NCBI GenBank assembly: GCA_038087875.1
Contig: CM075993.1
Location: 11,534,001-11,598,000, forward strand
Reading direction: 5' to 3'
Length of the DNA: 64,000 bases
Source: Malacoraja senta
Lineage: Eukaryota
The notes under the pieces were generated by a model. That model did no database searches. It worked only from the letters and a program-made list of their open reading frames with translations, and was not told where the DNA came from. The first letter of the stretch is position 1, and each line of letters opens with the position of its first letter. The position numbers were made by a program, and so were the translations under genes. Shown here one piece after another: positions 37,620 to 50,431 of the stretch.

Positions 37620-38002
37620 TAAAAAAGACTAGCATGGATGGATAGACAAAATGCTGGGGAAACTCAGCGGGTGAGGCAGCATCTGTGGAGCGAAGGGAAA
37701 AGGCGACGTTTCGGGTCGAGACCCTGAGGGCCGTAGGGCCTGTTCCCATGCCATATGACTCTATTTAACTTTCTTTCACCTTTGACCTCTTCAGTGGCCC
37801 AGGACAGTAGTTTTCGGGAGGTCAATTTGGGGGTATAGTTTCTCTTTTGGGATCTAGGTGTGGAATTTGTTCATTAGCTGTACCAGACCTGCAAAGCTGT
37901 TTTAGACTCTCATTTACATTTGACCCTGCCGAATAAAATAAAGCTCTCAAACCAGGGTGACTGACTGTGTTCAGAACTTGGACAATATTATTGATCTATA
38001 GT

Positions 38003-38300
38003 GTGGCATGGTGGCGCAGCGGTAGAGTTGCTGCCTCACAGCGCCAGAGACCCGGGTTCCATCCTGACTACGGGTGCTGTCTGTATGGAGTTTGTACGTT
38101 CTCCCCGTGACCTGCGTGGGTTTTCTCCGAAATCCTCGGTTTCCTCCCATAATCCAAAGACGTGCAGGTTTGTAGTCTAATTGGCTCGGTATCAATGCAA
38201 AATTGTCCCTAGTGGGTGTGCGGGAATTGCTGGTCGGCGCGGACTCAGTGGGCCGAAGGGCCTGTTTCCATGCTGTATCTCTCTAAACTAAACTAAACTA
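38003..38300 (+). mobile_element. Full-length V-SINE/HE1-like SINE
   Basis: tRNA head, V-like domain, (CTAAA)n tail. Confidence 0.9.
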
Positions 38301-38913
38301 TCGTGGTGATGTGGTGCAGTTTGATTAAAACAGTTTAAAATGTGTGCAACAAAAAGAACAACTGCTAGTGGCAGTGGCTATTCACCACCTGTGGATAACC
38401 TGAGCTTTAACTTACTAAAAATAATGTTTGTAAGCTGCAGAACAGAGAACTATTTGTTAGTTTTATTGATGCACTGACAGTCACTTAGTAAGATTTTTAA
38501 AACATTTGCTCATAAACCTTAAAACCACCATAATTAATGCCTTTGCATTGAGAAAACCCAGGTGCACCTTCTGCAAACAGAGTTAGCAGATATGGTGTTG
38601 AATTGCATCTGGGCTTAGCCTGAAGAAGGTCCCGGACTGAAACGTCACCCATCCTTTATCTCCAGAGATGCTACCTAACCCGCTGAGTTACTCCAGAACG
38701 TTGTGTCCCTCTCGGGCTCAGGCCAGCTTAATGGTCAAGAACACCTTTCAAGTTTAAAACCAATTCAGAGATCCTAAGTTGCAACAAATGTTATTTCTGT
38801 GCATTGTTCTGTAGTGGGTACGTGGAACAAACTGCCAGAGGAGGTAGTTGAGGCAGGTACTGTATAACATCAATTAAAAGACTTTACTTTAGACTTTAGA
38901 GATACAGCATGCA

Positions 38914-39835
38914 ACATAGAAACATAGAAACATAGAAATTAGGTGCAGGAGTAGGCCATTCGGCCCTTCGAGCCTGCACCGCCATTCAATATGATCATGG
39001 CTGATCATCCAACTCAGTATCCCGTACCTGCCTTCTCTCCATACCCCCTGATCCCTTTAGCCACAAGGGCCACATCTAACTTAAATATAGCCAATGAACT
39101 GGCCTCGACTACCCTCTGTGGCAGAGAGTTCCAGAGATTCACCACTCTCTGTGTGAAAAAAGTTCTTCTCATCTCGGTTTTAAAGGATTTCCCCCTTATC
39201 CTTAAGCTGTGACCCCTTGTCCTGGACTTCCCCAACATCGGGAGCAATCTTCCTGCATCTAGCCTGTCCAACCCCTTAAGAATTTTGTAAGTTTCTATAA
39301 GATCCCCTCTCAATCTCCTAAATTCTAGAGAGTATAAACCAAGTCTATCCAGTCTTTCTTCATAAGACAGTCCTGACATCCCAGGAATCAGTCTGGTGAA
39401 CCTTCTCTGCACTCCCTCTATGGCAATAATGTCCTTCCTCAGATTTGGAGACCAAAACTGTACGCAATACTCCAGGTGTGGTCTCACCAAGACCCTGTAC
39501 AACTGCAGTAGAACCTCCCTGCTCCTATACTCAAATCCTTTTGCTATGAAAGCTAACATACCATTCGCTTTCTTCACTGCCTGCTGCACCTGCATGCCTA
39601 CTTTCAATGACTGGTGTACCATGACACCCAGGTCTCGCTGCATCTCCCCTTTTCCTAGTCGGCCACCATTTAGAAAATAGTCTGCTTTCCTGTTTTTGCC
39701 ACCAAAATGGATAACCTCACATTTATCCACATTATACTGCATCTGCCAAACATTTGCCCACTCACCCAGCCTATCCAAGTCACCATGCAGTCTCCTGGCA
39801 TCCTCCTCACAGCTAACACTGCCCCCCAGCTTAGT
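38914..39835 (-). mobile_element. Young CR1 3' portion with uninterrupted ORF2 C-terminus
   Basis: Open frame 39014-39835; (TTTCTATG)n tail; same subfamily as 7986-9867. Confidence 0.93.
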
Positions 39836-39839
39836 GTCC

Positions 39840-40112
39840 CAACAGGCCCACCGTGTCCGCACCGACCACCGATCACACTGTACACTCGCACTATCCTACA
39901 CACTAGGGACAATTTACAATTTTTACCAAAGCCAATTAACCGTCAAACCTGTACGTCTTTGGAGTGTGGGAGGAAACCGGTGCAACTGAAGAAACCCATG
40001 TGGTCACAGGGAGAAGGTACAAACTCTGTACAGACCTCACCCCTAGTCAGGATGGAAGCTGGGTCTCTGGCGCTGTAAGGCAGCAACTCTACCGCTGCAC
40101 CACCGTGACGCC
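39840..40112 (-). mobile_element. V-SINE/HE1-like SINE
   Basis: tRNA head at the right end. Confidence 0.82.
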
Positions 40113-40624
40113 CTTGGAATATTTGGACAGGTGCATGGATAGGAAAGATTTAGAAACATAGAAACATAGAAACATAAAAATTAGGTGCAGGAGGAGGCAA
40201 TTTGGCCCTTTGGGCCTGCACCACCATTCATTGTGATCGTGGCTGATCAAGGCTGATTTAGAGGGATATGGGCCAAATCTTGGCAAGTGTGACTAATGTA
40301 GATGAGGAATCTTGGTTGGCATGGGCTAGTTGGGCCGAAGGGCCTGTAACCATGCTGAATGACTCTGTGATTCTGTCTGATTCATTGGTTATGCAGCTTC
40401 AGCAAATTGCAGCAATTATAATCCTCTGCTTGCATTTTATTGATAAAGCAAGTTGTGGATTGAAGTATCTCCGCTAGTTCTGATGGTGATGTCGGAAAGG
40501 TTAACTTCGGGAGCTGCTCCAGTACGTCGAGTGCATGGACCGGGCTTTGAGTTTTGTAAGCGGCACCAATATATGGTGACCCATGCATGTGTGAGCGATG
40601 CAGCATGGAATTTCACTGTGCAGA

Positions 40625-40945
40625 CGGCACGGTGGCGCAGCGGTAGAGTTGCTGCCTCACAGCGCTAGAGACCCGGGTTCGATCCCGACTACGGGTGCTC
40701 TCTGTACGGAGTTTGTACATTCTCCCAGTGACCGCGTGGTTTTACTCCGAGATCTTTGGTTTCCTCCCACATTCCAAAGACGTACAAGTTTGTAGGTTAG
40801 TTGGCTTTGTAAATGTAAAATTGTGCCCAGTGTGTGTAGGATAGTGTTAACGTGCGGGGATCGCTGGTCAGCGCGATCGCTGGTCGGCGCAGACTCGGTG
40901 GGCCGAAGGGCCTGTTTCCACCCTGTATCTCTAAACTAAACTAAA
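40625..40945 (+). mobile_element. Full-length V-SINE/HE1-like SINE
   Basis: A box tggcgcagcgg, B box ggttcgatcc, (CTAAA)n tail. Confidence 0.92.
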
Positions 40946-41263
40946 GTGCATGCTTGACAATAAAGAATCATTGATCCACTGAATTTCCAGCCTCTCCATA
41001 GACATTGAGTGACTAAATGCACAGAGTCTCTTGCCCAGAGTAGGGTAATCGAGGAGCAGGGGACATAGGTTCATGGTGAAGGGGAAACAATTTAATAGGA
41101 ATCTGAGGGGTAACATTTTCACACAAAGGGTGGTGGGTGTATGGAACAAGCTCCCAGAGGAGGTTGTTGAGGCAGGGACTATCCCAACGTTTAAGAAATA
41201 GTTAGGCAGGTACATGGATAGGACAGGTTTGGAAGGATATGGACCAATCGCAGGCAGGTGGGA

Positions 41264-41882
41264 CCAGTGTAGCTGGGACATGTTGGCTGGTGTGGGCAAG
41301 TTGGGCTGAAGGGGCCTGTTTCCACACTGTATATAACCATTACAGCACGGAAACAGGCCATCTCGGCCCTTCAAGTCCGTGCCGAACATTTTTTTTTGTT
41401 TTTAAATAAATACTTCCCCTAGTCCCATCTACCTGCACTCGGACCATAACCCTCCATTCCTTTCCCGTCCATATACCCATCCAATCTATTTTTAAAGGAT
41501 AAAATCGAACCAGCCTCCACCACTTCCACTGGAAGCTCATTCCACACAGCTACCCCTCTCTGAGTAAAGAAGTTCCCCCTAATGTTACCCCTAAACTTCT
41601 GTCCCTTAATTCTCAAGTCATGTCCCCTTGTTTGAATCACTCTATGACCAGTGTAGCTGGGTCATGTTGGCCGGTATGGGCAAGTTGGGCTGAAGGGCCT
41701 GTTTCCACACTGTATCACTCTATGACCAGTGTAGCTGGGACATGTTGGCCGGTATGGGCAAGTTGGGCTGAAGGGCCTGTTTCCACACAGTATCACTCTA
41801 TGACCAGTGTAGCTGGGTCATGTTGGCCGGTGTGGTCAAATTGGGCTGAAGGGCCTGTTTCCACACTGCATCACTCTATGAC
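41264..41882 (+). repeat. Tandem array of a 78-bp CR1 3' terminus (4 units; first interrupted by a minus-strand CR1 at ~41333-41635)
   Basis: Units at 41648-41725, 41726-41803 and 41804-41881, plus a split unit starting at 41264. Confidence 0.88.
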
Positions 41883-42968
41883 TGTACGACCCAGGGTGTC
41901 CAGCTGTTTACCTGCACAAAAATCACCTTTATGTTTCACGTGAGGCATCTCACTTTGCAGCAGATTTATTCTCTGCTGAGTTTGATCACTGCCACTCGTT
42001 GTGAGCGGGATTGTTAATGGGACATTCCAAGGTGAGAGGTTTTACATGGGCCAGGCTTGCAATCTATCAACCATTGCAACAAGTTAGTGGAACATAAAGT
42101 AGGTTTTTGAGATAATGGCTCCCTGCAGTAAATCATAAAGCTAACTCTGTTTGAAAATGGAGGTTATTGTGTTGCAGGCATCATATATTATGCTATTATG
42201 TATAGCCTGCTCTAGGAGATAGGTTGTGTGTAGTGCATCAGTCCAGCGGTATTTATAAATGATTGATCACCCTGACAACAGCTGGGGAACGTGCTGGTAA
42301 CCCATTTTTCTTCTTTACTGGGGAAGACAATATTTCAAATCGATACAATATGCAGGAACCGCACGGCTTCGAAACCTTGTCTGTGGCGAGGCAGGAGTAT
42401 ATGTGCACACTAAAACCATTCATCAGGTCTGACTAACAAGAAAGTTTCTACAGGAACAAAGAGTCACCCAGATTAGTTGAGGGAACCAAAGTGAACACAC
42501 TCTGAGAGTGAAAGAACTGCAGATGCTGGTTTAAATCGAAGATAGACACAAAATGTTGGAGTAACTCAGCGGGGCAGGCAGCATCTCTGGAGAGGTGGAA
42601 TGACCCCAAAACGTCACCCATTCCTTCTCTCCAGAGATGCTGCCTGTCCTGCTGAGTTACTCCAGCGTTTTGTCTACACTCTGAGTGAAGTTCACTTGAA
42701 ACTCTTCTCCAACACTGTCTCTGCGACAACTCTTTTGTGACTTTTGCCACTTTTATCGTCACTTTTATCGTATCTTTTTTAATCTTCATTTTAGTCCTGT
42801 AATATCATTGCTGAGGTGACCCGTTGTCTTGTCAAACACATTTCATTGTACCGTCGACCCTGTGTTAACCTACATATGACAAATAAAACTGAACTGAACT
42901 GAAGCGCTTCACCTTGCCCCCTCTCATACAACGAGTGCAATGGACAGAGGTACTTTCTCCAACATTAT

Positions 42969-43168
42969 NNNNNNNNNNNNNNNNNNNNNNNNNNNNNNNN
43001 NNNNNNNNNNNNNNNNNNNNNNNNNNNNNNNNNNNNNNNNNNNNNNNNNNNNNNNNNNNNNNNNNNNNNNNNNNNNNNNNNNNNNNNNNNNNNNNNNNNN
43101 NNNNNNNNNNNNNNNNNNNNNNNNNNNNNNNNNNNNNNNNNNNNNNNNNNNNNNNNNNNNNNNNNNNN
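42969..43168. other. Assembly gap (200 N)
   Basis: Run of N. Confidence 1.
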
Positions 43169-43585
43169 ATGATTGCACTGGATAGGGTGTAGAGGAGATT
43201 CATATGGATGAGGCTTGGGATAGAGTATTTATGTTACAAGGAGAAACTGGATACAAACATTTGTTTCTCTTGGAGTGGAGCAGGCTGAGGGGATGTCTGA
43301 TGGAAGAATGCAAAGTTATGAGATAAATTGTAAATAAGTAATCTATACGATCTGTAGTTCAAGATCATCTTTAATTATAACGGTACAGCAGGTTGTTAGT
43401 TGTTAGTTGTTAGTTCATCGTTACCACTTCCAAGACTGACCATTGTAGGAAGTGGGTATTAGTATGAATCATACAGTAAGGTGGGGTTATTGATGCTATT
43501 CTACTATGATTGGTCCACATGCATTAACCAATCTATATCCTTCCCCGTAAAGAGTGAATATACTTAAACACACATGCAGCTAGAA

Positions 43586-46580
43586 TTAAACATACTCGCC
43601 ATATCTGTCAGGCAGTCTACTAATACGGCCCGAACGCGTACGGACCAAGCCCTCTCCCCCTTCCCCAGAAAAATAAGAGGGAGGCGGTGAACCCGGAAGT
43701 GAGAAAGCAGCAGGGGACACCCGTGGTGACCGACAGGGGGAGCATGCGGTAGAGGTAGTATTGTTGTTAGTCATGGCCGCCGGTCATGGTGGGGTAAGGG
43801 ACATGCTGGGACTGGTGGTGGACACGGCAGCAGGGCTGGAACAGTAGAGGTGGAACGAAAGGATCAGCTGGTGGTGGACGTGGTTCCTTCACAGCCAGCA
43901 AGTGTTGGCGGCTCCGACGGTACAAGGTGCCATCGATGTCAACAAGGTAAGATCGGGGTTCTTCAGACGGGCCAACAACGCAACCCAAATGGGAATGTCC
44001 CACAGTAGTTTGCAAACGGACGACTTGGCCCGGTAGTAGTGGTTTAAGTTGTTTGCAGGAGTTGTCATGAGAACGTTTCTGGATGCCGTGTTCCTCCTCG
44101 ATGCGCTTCTGGACCGCGGCTGGCTTCAGCACCTGTGGCACCAGCTTCTGCTGGGCAATCGGTATCGGAGGTCGCGTTGTCCTGGACATCAGTCGTTGGG
44201 CTGGTGAGCCCAGCATCCCATCTCTAGCAATGTTCCTGTGGTTTAAGAGGTCGAGATACACTTCTGACTTGGCTAGGTGGGCGCGTTCCATTAGCTGTTT
44301 AGCGCTTCTGACGGCTCGTGCAGCGAGCTGTTTAGCGCTTCTGACGGCTCGTTCAGCGAATGTGGAGAAGTGTTTCTGTAGCTTTTGAATGACCATCTCT
44401 GATGTGATAGAAGGCAGTAAATCAAGTTTGAACCAGTTAGAATAGGAGTCAACCAGGACTAGATAATGTTTACCGTGCCACTTGAAAATGTCTGCCGCCA
44501 GCGAAGTCCAGGGTAGTGCTGGTGGAGGTTGTTGCAGCAGGGCTGTCTCTGTTGGTGCGGCGCCAGGCTGTTGCAGATGGGGCAGGAGGCTGTCTTGTCC
44601 CATATGTACTTGGCCATGCCGGTCCAGTAAAACATGTTCTGTGCGTGGGCCAGCGTGGCATTGGTACCTGGGTGACCGCTGTGTGCCTCTTTGTAGTATT
44701 CGTCATGTAGTGATGAAGGGATCACGATGTTGTGGCCCTTAACTATGACACCGTCCTGTATTACCAGTTCATCACGGACAAAGAAGAATGGCTACACCTC
44801 CAGTGGCGTGCTGGATTGCCTGTCTGGCCAGCCTCTCTTTATTATAGATGAGAGTAGCTGGAGGGTGGCGTCAGCGGCTGTGTGTTCGGCTAGGCGGCAT
44901 AATTGTTTTGTGGGAACAAAGTCAATGCTTGAGAACCGTAAACTCGTCCCGTTCGTAGGGCTGTCGTTCATTGGATGCCCATGGTGCGCGAGAGAGGGTG
45001 TCAGCAACGAGCATGTCTTTACCCTTTTTGTAAACAATTTTGAAGTCAAATCGCTGGAGTTGCATCATCATACGCTGCAGACGTGCAGGTGCTGCGTGGA
45101 TAGGTTTGTTGAGGATGGTCACAAGAGGTTGGTGGTCTGTCTCGACCGTGAAAACATTCCCAAAGATAAAGTCCTTGAATTTAGAACAAGCGAAGACCAC
45201 AGTCAGCAGCTCCTTCTCGATTTGCACGTAGCGCTGTTCGGTGTCGGTCATGGTGTGGGAGGCATAGGAGACAAGACGTAAAGTTCCATCGGCAGATGAT
45301 TGTAGGCAGGCGGCGTCGAGTCCAAATCGTGAGGCATCGCAGGTAACTGTCACAGGGCGCTTCAGGTCGAAAAATGTCAAGGTGGGTGCGCTGGTCAGCC
45401 TCGATTTTAAAACATCAAATGCTTTTTAGTGTTGCTGGAACCAGGACCAGGCAGTATCCTTTCGAGTTAGTTGTCTCAGAGGGGAACTCAGTTCACTGAG
45501 GTTCGGTATGAACTTTCCCACATAGTTCACCATACCCAGGAATCGCTGCAGGCTGAACACGTCGGTGGGGGCTGGCATCTCTGTGATGGCAGCTGTTTTT
45601 TTCGGATCCGGCTTGAGACCATCAGGAGTGAACACATGTCTGACATAGGTGACTTCTGGAACTGTGAACTTGCACTTGTTAGGGTTGAATTTCAGGTTGA
45701 TCTGACGTGCCCGGTCCATGATAAGCTTTAGGTTGTTGTCATGCTCCGCTGTGTCCTTGCTATAAACCAGGATATCGTCTACGATGATGGCACACCGGGA
45801 GGCCCTGGAACAGAAGTTCCATGTTTCTCAGGAAGACTTCACTGGCCGAGTTGATGCCGAATGGCATTCTTAGAAATTTAAATCTGCCAAATGGAGTGGC
45901 AAATGTGGTCAGGTTTGACAACTCGTCATCTAGCGGTATCTGCCAAAATGAGCTTTTTGCATCAAGGACTGAAAATACAATGGCTCATCCGATCTGCGCA
46001 GCGACGTCATCGACGGTCCTCATAGGATAGTGTGGACGCCTGATGGCAGCGTTCAAATCTTTTGGGTTGGTGCATACGCGGAACTCATTTTTATCCTTCT
46101 TAAGGGTGGCAACCATAGTGGAAACCCATTCAGTGGATTCACTGATCTCTTCTAGTATGCCTCAGGAGACCATGTTCTTTAGTTCAGACTCAATCCTGTC
46201 ACTCATAGCGTGTGGCACACGGTGAGGTGCACGGACAACTGTGTCAACATTGGGGTCAATGGATATCTTGTAGGTCACGGGCAGCTTGCCTAGTTTACCA
46301 TCGAACAGATGGTATTCTTTTACCGGGTCCACAGATATCAGTAGCTTGTGGACTGACCGGTCAAAGAAACCAGCCCTAAGTCTTGGCATGCATGGATGCC
46401 CAGTAGTGTCACAGTCAGAATTCAAAACATAGAAGGTCAGATTTTCAGCACACATTTAAAAGTGGTTCTTCCCAGGGGATACAAAACTTCTCCTCCGTAG
46501 GCATGTAGAGTGGACTTGTCTTTAGTCAAGGCCTCATTATTTCTTATCTTGTTGTAGTTGTGCACAGACATTACATTAAC
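43586..46580 (-). pseudogene. pol: Gypsy pol (protease remainder, RT, RNase H, integrase), frameshifted
   Basis: MPFGI, IVDDILVY, RFLGMVNY, CDAS, IEKELL, ETDHQPL and VADTLSR motifs; integrase HHCC (H..HPG...CPIC) and TRSGR tail. Confidence 0.92.
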
Positions 46581-46584
46581 TCTT

Positions 46585-47611
46585 TTTAAAAAGGGAGGGA
46601 GAGAGAAAACAGGGAATTACAGACCAGTTAGTTTAACATCGGTAGTGGGGAAACTGCTAGAGTCAGTTATTAAAGATGGGATAGCAGCACATTTGGAAAG
46701 TGGTGAAATCATTGGACAAAGTCAGCATGGATTTACGAAAGGTAAATCATGTCTGACGAATCTGATAGAATTTTTCGAGGATGTAACTAGTCGAGTGGAT
46801 AAGGGAGAACCAGTGGATGTGTGATATCTGGACTTTCAGAAGGCTTTCGACAAGGTCCCACATAAGAGATTAGTATACAAACTTAAAGCACATGGTATTG
46901 GGGGTTCAGTATTGATGTGGATAGAGAACTGGCTGGCAGACAGGAAGCAAAGAGTAGGAGTAAACGGGTCCTTTTCAAAATGGCAGGCAGTGACTAGTGG
47001 GGTACCGCAAGGCTCAGTGCTGGGACCCCAGCTATTTACAATATATATTAATGATTTGGACGAGGGAATTGAATGCAACATCTCCAAGTTTGCGGATGAC
47101 ACGAAGCTGGGGGGCAGTTTTAGCTGTGAGGAGGAAGATAGGAGGCGGCAAGGTTACTTGGATAGGCTGGGTGAGTGGGCAAATGCATGGCAGATGCAGT
47201 ATAATGTGGATAAATGTGAGGTTATCCACTTTGGTGGCAAAAACAGGAAAGTAGACTATTGTCTCAAAGGTAGCCGATTAGGAAAAGGGGAGATGCAACG
47301 AGACCTGGGTGTCATGGTACACCAGTCATTGAAAGTAGGCATGCAGGTGCAGCAGGCAGTGAAGAAAGCGAATGGTATGTTAGCATTCATAGCAAAAGGA
47401 TTTGAGTATAGGAGCAGGGAGGTTCTACTGCAATTGTACAGGGTCTTGGTGAGACCACACCTGGAGTATTGCGTACAGTTTTGGTCTCCAAATCTGAGGA
47501 AAGACATTCTTGCCATAGTGGGAGTACAGAGAAGGTTCACTAGACTGATTCCTGGGATGATCGAAGGGCCAAATGGCCTACTCCTGCACCTATTTTCTAT
47601 GTTTCTATGTT
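46585..47611 (+). mobile_element. CR1 RT fragment inserted in the Gypsy protease
   Basis: [19 protein letters not shown] and KFADDTKL motifs; internal deletion at ~47560; TCTT at both junctions. Confidence 0.93.
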
Positions 47612-47615
47612 TCTT

Positions 47616-48654
47616 GCACCAGTGTCTAGCTTGGCCTTCACAAGTTTATTATTAATTGACATCAGAACTGAAGGATCGAGAATCTTACCAGCTGTGTGAA
47701 GGAGTGAATGCACAGTTGACTCCCCGTAAGAGTTAATTGGACTGTCCTCGGGGGCAGAGTCGAACTGGTCTTGAGAAACAGGAATTGTTTGATCTTGTTG
47801 CAGCAGGTGCAGATTAGACGCTGAACTAGAGGGTCTTTTCCCACGGCTCTGCAAACGATGGCAAAATGGTTCATTTTCTTGCAGTAATTGCAGGACTTTC
47901 CATAAGCAGGACAGGTAGTTCGCCCTTTGTTGTGGAAGTAGTTACAATTAGGACATCTCCGAGGAGGCTCATTGGCGAATCCCTGATTAGCCGGTTGAGG
48001 GGGCTCAGTCATAAATCTTCTGTTATCGGTCGGTGTTTATAGTCTGTTGAAACCCGTCAGGTTTATAGTCTTCTTCTCAAGGTCAAGCTGTTCGCTTAAT
48101 GGTGCAACAAACTCAGACATACGACAGGCATGTGTTGCTTGCTCAAGCGTTAAATCAGGATTCCGCAGTAACTCAGCCCGTAACTTCTGATCAATCATCC
48201 CAATAACTAGTTTATCACTTATCAGCTCATTCGTCATAGTTTCGAATCGGCACCTCTGAACCATGTATCTTAAATCACAAATAAACCTCTCCACCGGCTC
48301 ATCAGGAAGCTGGTGTCTCGCAAAGAATTTAGCTCTTTCTAAAATGCGGTTCGACGGTAGGTCGCATATCTCACGGAATTTACGCAGTAAAACATTAGGG
48401 TCATGCATAGACTCGGCAGGCACAACTACCTGTTCGTTGTCGTCTTGAACGGCTGGTGCATATTCAAAAGTCCGAGCTCTCATCATGGCCTCGGGTCCTG
48501 CAAGGTTAAGTAGAAGGGAAGTCTTGACAGCGTCTGGTTCATTTCGGTGGACGATATTGATGTAGTGTCCGTAATTAATCTCAAAGAGCCGCCATCGTTC
48601 ACCGATGTCGGAATCATAGATAAGCTGTGCAGGCTTCCTGCATGAGTGAGCCAT
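47616..48654 (-). pseudogene. gag: Gypsy gag with two Cys/His knuckles and start of protease
   Basis: ORF 48654-48037, then an in-frame stop, then CPNCNYFH...CPAYGKSCNYCKKMNHFAIVC, and KLDTGA after a frameshift. Confidence 0.9.
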
Positions 48655-50431
48655 AGCGAAGCAAGAAAAAAACCTGATAAACAGAAATAAAAAACGGTAA
48701 ACGGACGCGGTGGGTTACTTCAAGCTAACTGACACCATGTACATAAGTAATCTACACGATCTGTAGTTCAAGATCATCTTTAATCAGTAGCCATATTATA
48801 ACGGTACAGCAGGTTGTTAGTTGTTAGTTCATCGTTACCACTTCCAAGACTGACCATTGTAGGAAGTGGGTGTTAGTATGAATCATACAGTAAGGTGGGG
48901 TTAGTGATGCTATTCTACTATGATTGGCCCACATGCATTAACCAATCTACATAAATAAATATGCTAGATAGTAGAAAATCCTTTCACTTACCGGAGGTAT
49001 CTAAATCTGGAGGACTTAAGTATAGCACAACAGTAGGAGGTTTAAAGGGGATCTGAGGTAGAACTGGTTCACCAGAGTGTAGTTGAAATCTGAAGTGTAC
49101 AGTCTGAGTAGGAGGTAGAGGTAAATACTCTCACAATATTTATGTTTTAAGGTGAGGCTTGAATCGCTAAGGCATTGAAGCCCATGGTCCAAATAGTTAT
49201 TAAATGGGAATTGTACAAAGGGGTGTTTAATCGTTAGGATGGACAAGGTTGACAAGGAGCCTGTTTCTGTGCTGTATGATTCCATGATTATTTGTTTCTT
49301 TCTATGATACTCATTGCTCTGATGGAATTTACACTACACAATGCATCATTACAAAAAAGTTTATGACTTTCCTTTAGTACAGAGACTAAAACTGCACACA
49401 GTATACCAAATGTAGTTTCAGTCATAGGGTTTATTTAAAGATGAAATTGATTCATTTCTGGACGCAAAATCAATCAAGGGATTGAGGGATCAGATAGTAA
49501 AGTGGACTTGAGGAATACTCTCAACTGTGATCCTATTGAATTGCTGTGATCCTATGTGACATGAGACGCGACCAACTCCTGTTTCATTTCTTACATGCTT
49601 ATGCTCATCAATGTGGAGGTCATCATTTATTTTTAAACTTATCCACTCCTCAGGCTTAATGCTCTTATTTGAAACAATATAAACCTTTCAATTGACTATG
49701 ATCTTTAGCTTCCTAGATATAGCTGAATCACACTTTCTACATTGTTTTAAGTTAGCAGAAGATTGTATATTTATTTTGGTCAACATCTCTCCTGTCTTAG
49801 TCCCTGTGCCTCACTGCCTCACAATCCATTCCGTGCTTCTGCCTTCAAGCAGCAGCTATAAGTCCCATTCATCTTATTCACACTCTCTTTTAAAGCTTCA
49901 CAGCGTGTTTATATTGCAGCTACTCAAACATTACACGATCCTGTCCATTGTGGTTGATTTAAAAAGTTCATCAGCTTCACTTTAATTTTAATCTGTTTGA
50001 GGATTTGAAATTCATAGAATCAATCAGTCTTCTGTGTTGTTTAAAGTGGAAAAGAAATAAGCTAGTTTTAACTGAAAAACATCTTAAAATATTGGATTTG
50101 TTATCCGTCACAAAATCTTCCTGGAAACAAATTACTTTATTAAGCTTTTATAATTCTTCATAATGTCTTTTTTAGCAGCATATGCTAATTTTTATGGTAA
50201 CAAACACAAAACTAAATGAGCTTACAGAGCATTTGTAGAATTTGTGATACAATAATGTAGCCCAATATGCAACATTTACAAATATACTATTAAGTCCTTC
50301 TGAAAATAGTTACCATTGACAAGATACCACATGGTAGGCTGGTCTGGAAAGTTAGATATTTTGGGATCCACTGAATACAATTTTTTTATGCAGGACAACT
50401 GAATACAAATTTTTCTTGAAAATAGGAGACC

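Larger units (their letters stand above)
43329..48951 (-). mobile_element. Full-length defective Ty3/Gypsy LTR retrotransposon (Mag-like)
   Basis: LTRs at 43329-43537 and 48738-48951; TAAAT TSD at 43324-43328 and 48952-48956. PBS TGGTGTCAG next to the 5' LTR, PPT GGGGAAGGA next to the 3' LTR. Domain order gag-PR-RT-RH-IN. Confidence 0.96.

Noticed and set aside
40625..40700. tRNA genes at SINE heads
   Set aside because: The A/B boxes run directly into SINE body and tail; no complete cloverleaf or terminator.
41648..41881. CRISPR-like regular repeats
   Set aside because: Head-to-tail LINE-end duplications with no unique spacers, in eukaryotic DNA.
42865..43203. ORFs spanning the N run
   Set aside because: Artefacts of translating N.
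48037..48654. Domesticated gag gene
   Set aside because: It lies inside an intact LTR-TSD structure with decayed pol; the open frame is explained by recent insertion.
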